Shown here: piece after piece, positions 15,213-25,097 of the stretch | Position numbering within the stretch: the first letter of the stretch is position 1 | How the letters are laid out: every line of letters starts with the position of its first letter | DNA from: an uncultured Clostridia bacterium | GTDB lineage: Bacteria > Bacillota > Clostridia > Oscillospirales > Ruminococcaceae | Direction: 5' to 3' | DNA: 64,000 nucleotides | Assembly: GCA_947627985.1 (NCBI GenBank) | Contig: CANQYD010000003.1 | Span: 24,108 to 88,107 of the forward strand | Notes under the pieces: generated by a model | Database searches by the model: none | What the model saw: the letters and a program-made list of their open reading frames with translations, nothing else | Told to the model about the DNA's origin: nothing | Translations under genes and position numbers: made by a program

Positions 15213-15938
15213 ATGAAGAAAATTCTTGCGATCGTCGTCGCTATGATGATGGTCATGGCTCTTTCGGTAAGCATTTTCGCTGACGATATCGACGTATCCG
15301 GCATGGACGTTGCTTTCGAGTGGACCGAAGGCAAGGCTGCACATGACTGGTGGACTGCCAAGGACGTTTTCAGCGCTGACGATTACGCCAAGTTTGTCGA
15401 GGCTCTCGGCATGGACGGCGCTGTCGTTGAAGTCGCCGGCAACAACCCCGGTGCAGGCGGAGCGATGACCAACTTCAACTTTGACTGGGACGGTCACGGC
15501 ATTCTGATGGCCGGCGACGGTCAGTATCCTATGGGCGATTTCGATTGCTTCGCTTCCATGGATCAGCTCAGAGCTGACGGCAAGGTTCCGGATACTATCG
15601 ACAACGTAATTCTTCAGTTCAACATCTATCAGGATGAGACTGACGTAACCGTTTCCAAGGTTGCCGTTTATGTTCCTGCCGGTGCTGCTCCCGAGGCTGA
15701 GGCTGAGGCTGAGGAAACTCCCGCCGAGACCGAGGAAGCTCCTGCTGAGGCTGAAGCTCCCGCCGAAGAGACCCCTGCCGAGGCTCCTGCTGAGACCGAG
15801 GCTGAGGCTCCCGCCGCTGAGGAGACCCCTGCTGAGGCTCCCGCTGCCGAGACCAAGGCTCCTGCCACCGGTTTAGCTCTCGCGGTTGTTCCCGCTGTCA
15901 TGGCTCTTGCCGCTGTTGCGGTTTCCAAGAAGCACTAA
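15213..15938 (+). CDS. Small secreted surface protein, paralog 4
   Basis: ORF 15198 trimmed to ATG 15213; MKKILAIVVAMMMVMALSVSIFA; C-terminus ETKAPATGLALAVVPAVMALAAVAVSKKH. Confidence 0.85.
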   Translation: MKKILAIVVAMMMVMALSVSIFADDIDVSGMDVAFEWTEGKAAHDWWTAKDVFSADDYAKFVEALGMDGAVVEVAGNNPGAGGAMTNFNFDWDGHGILMAGDGQYPMGDFDCFASMDQLRADGKVPDTIDNVILQFNIYQDETDVTVSKVAVYVPAGAAPEAEAEAEETPAETEEAPAEAEAPAEETPAEAPAETEAEAPAAEETPAEAPAAETKAPATGLALAVVPAVMALAAVAVSKKH

Positions 15939-15956
15939 TTAAAAATTAAAAATTTT

Positions 15957-15985
15957 GGGGGAGTTTCGACTCCCCCATTTTTTTG
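15957..15985 (+). terminator. Intrinsic terminator of paralog 4
   Basis: GGGGGAG-TTTCGA-CTCCCCC followed by ATTTTTTT; a second hairpin plus T-run at 16002-16028. Confidence 0.8.
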
Positions 15986-16145
15986 TGATTTTTTGTGATT
16001 TGAGGCGCCCGGGGGTGCCTCTTTTTTTGGGGGAATCTTTCAAGATGGCAAAAGGAGGGGATTTTGCCTCGCTTCGCTCGGCAAACCCAAGGGGAGAACC
16101 CTTTATAAAAGGGTTCTCCCCTATAACCCCTCTCCTAAAATCTTT

Positions 16146-16166
16146 CCCCCTCCCCAACCCCTCCCC
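16146..16166 (-). other. G-quadruplex motif on minus strand
   Basis: Plus strand reads CCCCC T CCCC AA CCCC T CCCC. Confidence 0.65.
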
Positions 16167-16310
16167 GGCGGGGAGGGGCTTTTCGCCTCGCTTCGCTCGG
16201 CTCCCGGGCGACTTCGTCGCCGGTTTTTTGTTGGGGGAACCCCCGGCGAGGGTTCCCCCGATGAAAACAGTCCCCCGGACTGTTTTCATTTCCCCCTCCT
16301 GCGCTAATTA

Positions 16311-16348
16311 TGAAAAAAGCAAGACGACGGCTTACGCCGTCCTCTTGC
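16311..16348 (-). terminator. E4 hairpin acting as intrinsic terminator downstream of proC
   Basis: GCAAGAGGACGGCGTAAGCCGTCGTCTTGC followed by TTTTTT when read on the minus strand. Confidence 0.6.
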
Positions 16349-16500
16349 TTAAGGGATTTCGCCCGTTGCGACGGGCGACCAAGGGCTCCGCCCTTGGATT
16401 CCGCCCGCTTTTTAAGGAAAAGCGGGGCAAAACCTTTTTGACTTGTCTTTTAGATGGTAAACTGCTGAATCTGACTTCTGACCTCTCTGTTTTCTGCCTT

Positions 16501-17295
16501 CTACTTGCCCAGCTCCTTGGACCTTCTCTCGCACGCCCTCGCGGCGTCGATCAGAATCCCCTCGAACCCGCGCTCGTCAAGCACCTTGACCGCCTCGACC
16601 GTCGTGCCGTTCGGGGTGCAGATATTTTTCTTGAGCGTCTCCGCCGGGGTGCCGCTCTCAAGCACCATCTTCGCCGAGCCGAGCACCGTCTGCGCCGCAA
16701 AAATCTCCGCCTGCGCCTCGCTCATGCCAGCCTCGACCGCGTACTTCTTCAGCGCGATGATGAACGCGTACACATACGCGGGACCCGACCCCGACACCGC
16801 CGTCACCGCGTCAAACAGGCTCTCGTCGAGAACCTCAGCCCGCCCGAAGCTCTCAAAAATCCTCGCGATCCCGAGAATTTCCTCCCGGCTGACCATTTCA
16901 TTCCCGCAAATCCCGGTCATGCCCTCGCCCACCATCGCCGGGGTGTTCGGCATGATCCTGATGATCTTCCTGCTGCCAAAAAGTCCCTCAAGCGTCGAAA
17001 TCTTCTTGCCCGCGATGATGGAGCATATTATCGCATTTTGGGGGATAAGTACTGCGATCTCTTTCGCAAGATCGGCTAAGTCCGCAGGTCTGACTGCCAA
17101 AATGACCGCGTCGGTGCCGCTCAGAGCCGCGCCGTAATCATCAAAAACGCTTATTCCAAGGGACTTTGCGTGTTCCTTGGCTTCCGCAGACTTGTCGCAT
17201 ACCCGGATATCCCCCGGCTTTAAAACCTCGGCACGTACAGCGCCCGAGGCTATCGCGGATCCCATGTGCCCGAATCCTATAAAAGTTAAATTCAT
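16501..17295 (-). CDS. proC: Pyrroline-5-carboxylate reductase
   Basis: 264 aa; IGFGHMGSAIASG NAD(P)-binding N-terminus, MPNTPA, SGSGPAY, VCTPNGTT motifs. Confidence 0.9.
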   Translation of the reverse strand: MNLTFIGFGHMGSAIASGAVRAEVLKPGDIRVCDKSAEAKEHAKSLGISVFDDYGAALSGTDAVILAVRPADLADLAKEIAVLIPQNAIICSIIAGKKISTLEGLFGSRKIIRIMPNTPAMVGEGMTGICGNEMVSREEILGIARIFESFGRAEVLDESLFDAVTAVSGSGPAYVYAFIIALKKYAVEAGMSEAQAEIFAAQTVLGSAKMVLESGTPAETLKKNICTPNGTTVEAVKVLDERGFEGILIDAARACERRSKELGK

Positions 17296-17377
17296 AAACT
17301 ATCCTCCCGAAAAATATCAATATAAAAAATTTTAGCACATCGGGCGATAAATTTCAATAAAAATTGTGTGAAAATGA

Positions 17378-17406
17378 TTGATTTTCGCGAGAAAATTTAG
17401 TACAAT
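17378..17406 (+). promoter_or_regulatory. Promoter of GH3 gene
   Basis: TTGATT 17378-17383, 17-nt spacer, TACAAT 17401-17406. Confidence 0.6.
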
Positions 17407-17436
17407 AGAATCAAGAATAATTTTCGGGAGGTAAGT

Positions 17437-19533
17437 ATGGAAATTTACAAGGACAAGTCCAAATCCTTTGAGGAGCGCGCACACGACCTTGTGTCGCGAA
17501 TGACCCTGATGGAGCGCTGCGAACAGCTCAAGTTCGGCGCGCCGGCGATCGAGAGGCTGTCGGTCGAGGCGTATAACTGGTGGAACGAGGGTCTCCACGG
17601 CGTCGCAAGAGCCGGCGTCGGGACGATGTTCCCGCAGGCGATCGGTCTCGCGGCGTCTTTTGACGAGGAGCTTTTAAGGACCGTTGCCGAGGTCATCTCC
17701 ATCGAGACAAGGGCTAAATATAACGAATATTCAAAAAAGGGCGACCGCGATATATACAAGGGTCTGACCCTTTGGAGCCCGAATATCAACATCTTCCGCG
17801 ACCCGAGATGGGGCAGGGGACACGAGACCTACGGCGAGGACCCCTATCTCACCTCCCGCCTCGGCTGCGCGTTTGTAAAGGGGATTCAGGGGGATGGCGA
17901 GTATCTGCGGGCTGCCGCATGCGCCAAGCATTTCGCGGTTCACTCGGGTCCCGAGGCTCTTCGGCATGAATTCGACGCCATAGCCGATCCCAAGGACATG
18001 GAGGAGACATATCTTCCCGCGTTCGAGGCTCTTGTCAAGGAAGCCAAGGTCGAGGGCGTGATGGGCGCTTACAACCGCACAAACGGCGAGCCCTGCTGCG
18101 GTTCGGAATATCTCCACAAAAAGCTCGTCGAATGGGGCTTTGACGGCTATTTCGTCTCCGATTGCTGGGCAATCAAGGACTTCCACGAGAACCATCACGT
18201 CACCGCAACACCCGAGGAATCCGTAGCTCTTGCGCTCAAAAACGGCTGCGACGTCAACTGCGGCTCCACATATTTAATGGTATATAAGGCATACGAGGAC
18301 GGCTTGATCACCGAAGAGGAGATCACCGAAGCCGCAGAGCATCTCATGAGAACGAGAATGCGGCTCGGCATGTTCGATGAGACGGAATTTGACAGTCTTG
18401 ATTACACCGAGGTCGAGAGCAGAGCGCACCTCGACGTCAGCCTTGAAGCCGGCAGGAGCGCATGCGTCCTCCTCAAAAACGACGGCATTCTCCCGCTCGA
18501 TCCCGAAAAAATCGGCACGATCGGCGTCATCGGACCCAACGCGCAGAGCCAAAAGGCGCTGATGGGCAACTATCACGGCACCGCGTCGAGGTACATAACG
18601 ATCCTTGAGGGCATTCAGGACGCTTTCCCGGGCAGAGTGCTCTTCTCGGAGGGCTGCCACCTCTTCAAGGACCGCATCGAGGGGCTGGCGCTTCCCGGCG
18701 ACCGAATCGCCGAGGCGCAGATCGTCGCCGAGCACTCCGACGTCGTCGTCCTCTGCGTGGGTCTCGACGAGACGCTTGAGGGCGAGCAGGGCGACGCCTC
18801 GAACACCGACGCTTCGGGCGATAAGCTCACCTTGCAGCTCCCCGAGCCGCAGCGGCTTTTAGTTAAGAAGGTTATGGAAATCGGCAAGCCGACCGTCATC
18901 GTGATCGTGAGCGGCTCTTCGCTGAACGTCGAAGCCGAGCCGAACGCGATCTTGCAGGCATTCTATCCCGGTTCGGAAGGCGGAAAAGCCGTCTCCGAGA
19001 TACTTTTCGGGAAGATTTCGCCCTCCGGTAAGCTTCCGGTGACATTCTACAAAGACGTCCATAAGCTTCCTGATTTTACTGATTATTCCATGAAATACCG
19101 CACCTACCGCAACGAACGCGCCGAAGACGACAACGTGCTCTACCCGTTCGGCTACGGTCTCAGCTACGGCGATATCCGGGTCGAATCGGCTTCGGTCGAC
19201 GATCTGGGCGACGAGCTCAGGGCTTCGGTGAAACTCGTAAACGCCGGAAAATCGGCTTCCGACGTCTTGCAGTGCTACTTTAAATCCGGCTCGAAGGACG
19301 CCGTTCGGAATCATGCGTTATGCGGATTTAAAAAGGTGCAGCTGCAAAGCGGTGAAGCAAAGACGGTCGAGATGATCATCAAAAAATCGGCTCTGACGGT
19401 CGTCGACAGCGAGGGCAGGAGATATCTCGATGCGTCGGCTCCGACGGCACTCTATTTCGGCACCTCCCAGCCCGATGAGCTCTCACAGAAGCTCACCGGG
19501 AAGACCTGCGTCAAGGTCGATATCAAGCTTTAA
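17437..19533 (+). CDS. GH3 beta-glucosidase/beta-xylosidase
   Basis: 698 aa; NWWNEGLHGV, SPNINIFRDPRWGRGHETYGEDP, KHFAVHSG, FVSDCWAI (nucleophile region). Confidence 0.85.
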   Translation: MEIYKDKSKSFEERAHDLVSRMTLMERCEQLKFGAPAIERLSVEAYNWWNEGLHGVARAGVGTMFPQAIGLAASFDEELLRTVAEVISIETRAKYNEYSKKGDRDIYKGLTLWSPNINIFRDPRWGRGHETYGEDPYLTSRLGCAFVKGIQGDGEYLRAAACAKHFAVHSGPEALRHEFDAIADPKDMEETYLPAFEALVKEAKVEGVMGAYNRTNGEPCCGSEYLHKKLVEWGFDGYFVSDCWAIKDFHENHHVTATPEESVALALKNGCDVNCGSTYLMVYKAYEDGLITEEEITEAAEHLMRTRMRLGMFDETEFDSLDYTEVESRAHLDVSLEAGRSACVLLKNDGILPLDPEKIGTIGVIGPNAQSQKALMGNYHGTASRYITILEGIQDAFPGRVLFSEGCHLFKDRIEGLALPGDRIAEAQIVAEHSDVVVLCVGLDETLEGEQGDASNTDASGDKLTLQLPEPQRLLVKKVMEIGKPTVIVIVSGSSLNVEAEPNAILQAFYPGSEGGKAVSEILFGKISPSGKLPVTFYKDVHKLPDFTDYSMKYRTYRNERAEDDNVLYPFGYGLSYGDIRVESASVDDLGDELRASVKLVNAGKSASDVLQCYFKSGSKDAVRNHALCGFKKVQLQSGEAKTVEMIIKKSALTVVDSEGRRYLDASAPTALYFGTSQPDELSQKLTGKTCVKVDIKL

Positions 19534-19587
19534 AACATCTTCCTTCACGCAAGCTTTTCCCAAGATATTTAATCAAGGAGATTTATT

Positions 19588-21054
19588 ATGGATATTATCC
19601 GCGGCGAAAACCCGCTGACCCGGCTCGACTATCCCGATCCCGACGTCATCAGGGTGGGCGATACATATTACATGTGCTCGACGACGATGTATTTCATGCC
19701 GGGCTGTGTGATTTTGCGCTCTTATGATCTGATAAACTGGGAATTTGTCTGCCATGTTTATGATAAGCTGGAAGATACAGACAGGGAGAATATGACAAAC
19801 GGGAACGCCTACGGAGCGGGAATGTGGGCGCCCTGCCTTAGATATCACGACGGCGTTTTCCACGTCATTTTCATTGCAAACGACACGAAAAAGACCTACC
19901 ACTTCACCGCGGAAAATATCTCGGGGCCGTGGAAAAAGTCCTATATAAAGGGCTTTTACCACGATTGCTCCGTCCTTTTCGACGACGGCGGCAGGGTCTA
20001 TATAATGTACGGCAACCGCGAGATCAGAGTGACCGAGTTAGAACCCGACCTCAGCGGTCCAAAGCCCGGTGGAATTGACAAAATTATCCTTTCCGACCCT
20101 CCGGGGAACGGTCTCGGGTACGAAGGCAGCCATTTTTACCGCATAAACGGGCGATATTACGCGTTTTTCATTCACTCGGCGCGGGACAGGTGGCTTCGGA
20201 TCGAGGCTGCGTTCATGGCTGACAGCGTTGAGGGACCGTGGGTCGGCGGGGACGTCATCGCGGACGGCTTCGAGGGCACAAGCGGGGTCGCTCAGGGCGG
20301 TATAGTCGATACTCCGAACGGAAATTATTTCGGAGTGATCTTTGCCAATCGGGGAGCCGTCGGGAGAATCCCTAACCTCGTTCCCATGCACTTTGACGAG
20401 ACCGGGTTCCCGGTATTTGATAAAGTAACTAAACTAATTCAGAGCGAATCCACCCGACCCGGGCATGCCTGTAAACCCCTGTGGCACAGCGATGACTTCA
20501 CGCAAGGTTTAGACGGGGCTTGGGAGTGGAATCATAACCCGGTTAAGGAAAAATATCGGCTTCAAAACGGACTTTTCCTCTATGAAATGCCTGCTCCTGA
20601 CCTTGAAAGCGCGAGAAACACCCTGACCCAGCGCGCGCTGTGGTCGGAGTGCTCGGCTGAGGTGACGGTGGACGGCTCAATGCTGTCTGTAGGCGGATTT
20701 GCGGGCATTTGCGCGCTGCAATACCTCTACGGCGCGCTCGGGATTGAGCGCTGCGGGGACGGATTTTATGCGGTCCTTAAATGCCGGGAGGAGGACAAAG
20801 AGGTCGAGCGCGGGAGATTCAGATCTGAGAATACGTTAAACTTAAAGGTCAGCTTTTCATTCGGACCGGGGAAGGATTTTGCAGAATTCTTTGTAAAAGA
20901 TGGGGACATATGGAAGCAAATCGGCAGCCGCCATCGCGTGACATTTGACCTTCGGCACTTCACCGGCTGCCGCTTCGGGCTGTTCTGCTACGGAAAAGGA
21001 GAATGCAGTGGCTATGCAAAGTTCACAAAATTCATCTACCACAATTATGCATAA
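19588..21054 (+). CDS. GH43 beta-xylosidase/alpha-L-arabinofuranosidase
   Basis: 488 aa; YPDPDVIRVGDTYYMCSTT, GMWAPCLRYHDGVF, EGSHFYRINGRYY. Confidence 0.85.
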   Translation: MDIIRGENPLTRLDYPDPDVIRVGDTYYMCSTTMYFMPGCVILRSYDLINWEFVCHVYDKLEDTDRENMTNGNAYGAGMWAPCLRYHDGVFHVIFIANDTKKTYHFTAENISGPWKKSYIKGFYHDCSVLFDDGGRVYIMYGNREIRVTELEPDLSGPKPGGIDKIILSDPPGNGLGYEGSHFYRINGRYYAFFIHSARDRWLRIEAAFMADSVEGPWVGGDVIADGFEGTSGVAQGGIVDTPNGNYFGVIFANRGAVGRIPNLVPMHFDETGFPVFDKVTKLIQSESTRPGHACKPLWHSDDFTQGLDGAWEWNHNPVKEKYRLQNGLFLYEMPAPDLESARNTLTQRALWSECSAEVTVDGSMLSVGGFAGICALQYLYGALGIERCGDGFYAVLKCREEDKEVERGRFRSENTLNLKVSFSFGPGKDFAEFFVKDGDIWKQIGSRHRVTFDLRHFTGCRFGLFCYGKGECSGYAKFTKFIYHNYA

Positions 21055-21730
21055 CATACAAGAAAAGCTCTTTGCTTTAAAGGACGAAAAATACAAAAAA
21101 TTGCAGGCTTCCATCGTCCCGAACATCGACCCCGACAGCATCATAGGCGTCCGCGTGCCGGATATCAGACGGCTCGCAAAGAGTCTTGATGAAAGGGAAA
21201 GGGAGGAATTCATCGCCTCGCTGCCGCATCAATATTATGACGAAAACATGCTTCACGGCGCGATTTTATCGGATTTAAAGGATTTTGACGCAGCCATTAT
21301 CCATCTCGAAAAATTCCTTAAGTATGTTGACAACTGGGCTGTCTGCGATCTTATAAACCCGAAGGCGTTTGCCAAAAATCCCGAGAGGCTGCTGCCGGAA
21401 ATCATGAGATGGATTCGCTCGGGCGAGCCGTATACCGTTCGGTTCGGGATCGGAATGCTGATGAGGTACTTTTTAGACGAAAGGTTCGGGGAGGAGTACC
21501 TAAGCCTTGTCGCCGCGATAAATATCGATCACTACTACGTCAAGATGATGCAGGCGTGGTACTTTGCGACGGCTCTTGCAAAGCAATATGAGAATACGTT
21601 AAAAATCATTGAATTCCGCGAGCTCGATCCGTGGGTGCATAACAAATCGATTCAAAAGGCTTGCGATAGCTATCGCGTGCCTTTGGAGCATAAGAACCGC
21701 TTAAAAGCGCTGAAGTCAAGACCTGATTAA
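21047..21730 (+). CDS. DNA alkylation repair protein (AlkD-like HEAT-repeat family)
   Basis: ORF 20945 trimmed to ATG 21047 (8-nt overlap with GH43 stop); GVRVPDIRRLAK, DNWAVCDL motifs. Confidence 0.7.
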   Translation: MHNIQEKLFALKDEKYKKLQASIVPNIDPDSIIGVRVPDIRRLAKSLDEREREEFIASLPHQYYDENMLHGAILSDLKDFDAAIIHLEKFLKYVDNWAVCDLINPKAFAKNPERLLPEIMRWIRSGEPYTVRFGIGMLMRYFLDERFGEEYLSLVAAINIDHYYVKMMQAWYFATALAKQYENTLKIIEFRELDPWVHNKSIQKACDSYRVPLEHKNRLKALKSRPD

Positions 21731-21743
21731 CAAGGAGGACAAC

Positions 21744-22844
21744 ATGAAAAAATTGGGATTCGGACTTATGAGGCTGCCCTGCGTCGGCGGGGACGGCAAA
21801 AACATCGACCTCGAAAAGGTCAAGGAGATGGTCGATCTCTTCATGTCGAAGGGCTTTACATACTTCGACACCGCCTACGTCTACCACGGCGGGTTCAGCG
21901 AGGTCGCCTTCCGGGAGTGCGTTGCAAAGCGCTATCCGAGGGATTCGTTCACCGTCACGACCAAGCTGCCGCTCTTCTCTAACCCCGACAGAGCCGGCAT
22001 GGAGAAAATGTTCGGCGAGTCGATGGAGCGCCTCGGGGTGGAGTATATCGACTACTACTGGCTCCACGCCTTAAACCGCGGAAGCTATGAGTTTGCGAAG
22101 AGCGTCGGGGCATTTGATTATCTTCGGGAACTCAAGGCTCAGGGAAAAATCAGGCACATGGGCTTTTCCTTCCACGACAACGCCGAAACGCTTGACAAAA
22201 TCCTGACCGAGCAGCCGAATATGGAATATGTGCAGCTCCAGATCAATTATCTCGACTGGGAGGACCCGGGCGTGCAGTCGAGGCTTTGCTATGAGGTCGC
22301 GACGAAGCATAATAAGCCCGTCATCGTCATGGAGCCGATCAAGGGAGGAAGCCTTGCAAATCCTCCGAAAAAGGCTGAAAAGCTTCTTAAGGATCACAAC
22401 CCCGAAGCTTCCTGCGCAAGCTGGGCTTTAAGATTCGCCGCTTCTCTTCCTAACGTGATGGTGGTCCTTAGCGGCATGTCGGAGCTTTGGCAGGTTGAAG
22501 ATAATGTTAGTTTTATGGATGATCTTAAGCCCATCAGCGATGAGGAGAGATCGATCCTTGCCGAAGCCGCGAAAGAGCTCAAATTCGCGATACCCTGCAC
22601 CGCCTGCCGCTACTGCACCGACGGCTGCCCGATGAGCATCAATATCCCCGAGATATTTGCGGCGTACAACCATATGAAGCACGACATTCACAAAAAATGG
22701 GAGGCGAGGGAGAAGTACGCCGAGATCATAAAGACCGGCGGAGCCGCGACCGACTGCGTCGGCTGCGAGCAGTGCGTGAACGCCTGCCCTCAGCATCTTG
22801 AGATACCGAAACTCTTAGCCGAATGTGCGGCTGATCTGTCATGA
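21744..22844 (+). CDS. Aldo/keto reductase with C-terminal 2x[4Fe-4S]-type cysteine motifs
   Basis: FGLMRLP, FDTAYVYHGG, IDYYWLHA; C-terminal CTACRYCTDGCP and CVGCEQCVNACP. Confidence 0.8.
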   Translation: MKKLGFGLMRLPCVGGDGKNIDLEKVKEMVDLFMSKGFTYFDTAYVYHGGFSEVAFRECVAKRYPRDSFTVTTKLPLFSNPDRAGMEKMFGESMERLGVEYIDYYWLHALNRGSYEFAKSVGAFDYLRELKAQGKIRHMGFSFHDNAETLDKILTEQPNMEYVQLQINYLDWEDPGVQSRLCYEVATKHNKPVIVMEPIKGGSLANPPKKAEKLLKDHNPEASCASWALRFAASLPNVMVVLSGMSELWQVEDNVSFMDDLKPISDEERSILAEAAKELKFAIPCTACRYCTDGCPMSINIPEIFAAYNHMKHDIHKKWEAREKYAEIIKTGGAATDCVGCEQCVNACPQHLEIPKLLAECAADLS

Positions 22845-25063
22845 GCGCGAGGATTTGGCTCGACCACCCCGCAGATACCGGCTCCGAGGCTTTTAAGGAA
22901 GGCTGGAACTCGGCATACCCGATCGGAAACGGCTCGGTCGGGGGAATGGTCTACGGCGACCCGATAAACGACATCGTCCAGCTCAATGAGGAGACGGTAT
23001 GGGTCGGCGGCGGGGGAAGAAACCGCGTCAACCCGAAGGCTCGCGAAAGCTGGAAGAGGTGCCGCGAACTTCTTTTGGAAGGAAAGATCGCCGAGGCGGA
23101 GGAGCTTTGCAAGAGCGACTTATACGCCGTGCCCGATCAGCAGCGCTATTACGACACCTGCGGGCATATAAGATTTCACTGGACGCATGATGAATATTCA
23201 GATTATGTGCGCGAGCTTGACCTTGAGGACGGCGTCTGCCGGGTAAAATTCAAAGCCGGGGGGAAGGAGTACTTAAGGGAATATTTCGTCAGCTATCCCG
23301 ATCAGGTAATGGCGATACGCGAGATATCGATATCCGGAGAAAAATTCGGGTGCAGGGCGGATATCTCGGAGCGGGACAATCCCGACTATTCCCTTGATAT
23401 AAACGGCTGCGGGTGCTATGTCACCGTAAAACAGCCCGAGGGGGGCTGCGAATACGCCGTCATGGCGACCGCTGAGGGCGACGGCTGCGTGATCTTCTCC
23501 GAAAAGGGCTTCGAGGCATATGACTGCTCCGAGCTGACCGTCTATATCGCGATACGAAGCGACTTTCACGGCGACGACATCTTGCAGTGGTGTGAAGATA
23601 AGCTCGAAGCAGCCGCCGAAAAGGGATACGAACCGATCAGGGCTGATCATATCGCGGATTATAAGGGATATTTTGATCGCTGCCGCCTGAGTCTGGGCGG
23701 AGACGGTTTTGAAAAAGTCCCGACGGATCAGCGCCTTGCAAACGCCGATAACGATCCGAAGCTTGCAGAGCTCTATTATGATTACGGGAAATATCTTCTG
23801 ATATCCTGCTCCCGACCCGACACCAAGCCCGCCAATCTTCAGGGCATATGGAACAAGGATCACACCCCGCCGTGGGGCTCGAAATTCACCGTCAACATCA
23901 ACACCGAGATGAATTACTGGCTCTGCGGGGCGGCAAATCTGAGCGAGCTTGAAATGCCGCTGTTTGAGCATTTAAAGACCATGCTTCCCTACGGAAAACG
24001 CGTGGCTGAGGACATGTACGGTCTGCACGGATTTGTAGCGCATCACAACACCGACCTCTTCGGCGATTGCGCGCCGCAGGATCAGTGGATGCCGGCGACG
24101 GTCTGGGCGATGGGTGCCGCGTGGCTTTGCACTCACATAAAGACGCACTATGAATTCACGGGAGATCGGGACTTTCTGAGGGAATATATCGGTATCCTGA
24201 AAGAGGCGTGCCGCTTCTTCACCGAGTACATGTTCGAGCACGACGGAATGCTGCTGACGGGACCTTCGACGTCTCCCGAAAATACATATCTTCACCCCTC
24301 CGGCGAATCGGGAAGCCTCTGCGTCGGTCCGACGATGGATTCTATGATTATCCGCGAGATTTTTGAAAGCTGCCTTGAATATTCAAAACTTCTCAGCGTT
24401 GAAGATGATCTCACGGAAAAAATCGAAAAGATGCTCCCGAAAATCCCGAAGCCGAAGATCGGCAAGTACGGTCAGATCATGGAGTGGGCTGAGGACTATG
24501 ACGAAGTCGAGCCGGGGCATCGGCACATCTCCCACCTCTGGGGACTCTATCCGTCGGATCAGCTATCGTATGAAAAGACCCCCGAGCTGATGAAGGCGGC
24601 AAGGGTGACGCTCGAGCGCAGGCTCTCAAACGGCGGCGGGCACACGGGCTGGTCGAGGGCGTGGATAATCAACATGTGGGCGAGGCTTCGGGACGGCGAA
24701 AAAGCCGGCGAGAACATCTCGGCGCTCTTAAAAAGGTCCACATATCCCAATTTTTTGGATATGCATCCGCCCTTCCAGATCGACGGAAACTTCGGCGGCT
24801 CGGCTGGAATTTTGGAGACTCTTTTACAGTCGCAAGGCGGGGTGATAACACTTCTCCCGTCCCTTCCGCCGTCATGGAAAAGCGGCAGCGTTAAAGGCAT
24901 AAGAGCCCGCGGAGGACTGATTTTTGATATCGTCTGGGAGAACGGCAGGATCGTCTCCGCAGAAGCTTTATCGAAAAATCCCGGGAAGTTCAAGATCGCG
25001 ATCATGCAGGGTCAGCCGAAAGAATATGAGATAGAGGCTGATAAAGCCGCAAAAATCGTATAA
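22841..25063 (+). CDS. GH95 alpha-L-fucosidase-type glycoside hydrolase
   Basis: 740 aa; YPIGNGSVGGMVYG, QLNEETVW, ANLQGIWN, TVNINTEMNYW, HRHISHLWGLYP; ATGA overlap with upstream stop. Confidence 0.8.
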   Translation: MSARIWLDHPADTGSEAFKEGWNSAYPIGNGSVGGMVYGDPINDIVQLNEETVWVGGGGRNRVNPKARESWKRCRELLLEGKIAEAEELCKSDLYAVPDQQRYYDTCGHIRFHWTHDEYSDYVRELDLEDGVCRVKFKAGGKEYLREYFVSYPDQVMAIREISISGEKFGCRADISERDNPDYSLDINGCGCYVTVKQPEGGCEYAVMATAEGDGCVIFSEKGFEAYDCSELTVYIAIRSDFHGDDILQWCEDKLEAAAEKGYEPIRADHIADYKGYFDRCRLSLGGDGFEKVPTDQRLANADNDPKLAELYYDYGKYLLISCSRPDTKPANLQGIWNKDHTPPWGSKFTVNINTEMNYWLCGAANLSELEMPLFEHLKTMLPYGKRVAEDMYGLHGFVAHHNTDLFGDCAPQDQWMPATVWAMGAAWLCTHIKTHYEFTGDRDFLREYIGILKEACRFFTEYMFEHDGMLLTGPSTSPENTYLHPSGESGSLCVGPTMDSMIIREIFESCLEYSKLLSVEDDLTEKIEKMLPKIPKPKIGKYGQIMEWAEDYDEVEPGHRHISHLWGLYPSDQLSYEKTPELMKAARVTLERRLSNGGGHTGWSRAWIINMWARLRDGEKAGENISALLKRSTYPNFLDMHPPFQIDGNFGGSAGILETLLQSQGGVITLLPSLPPSWKSGSVKGIRARGGLIFDIVWENGRIVSAEALSKNPGKFKIAIMQGQPKEYEIEADKAAKIV

Positions 25064-25097
25064 AAAAGCGTGAGCTTTTAAATTAAAGGAGGACATT

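Larger units (their letters stand above)
16030..16499 (-). repeat. Type I mosaic element in reverse orientation (3' of proC)
   Basis: Reverse complements of F (16146-16180), B (16207-16221), C (16233-16289) and E (16319-16448); heptamers 16470-16499 on the plus strand. Confidence 0.9.
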
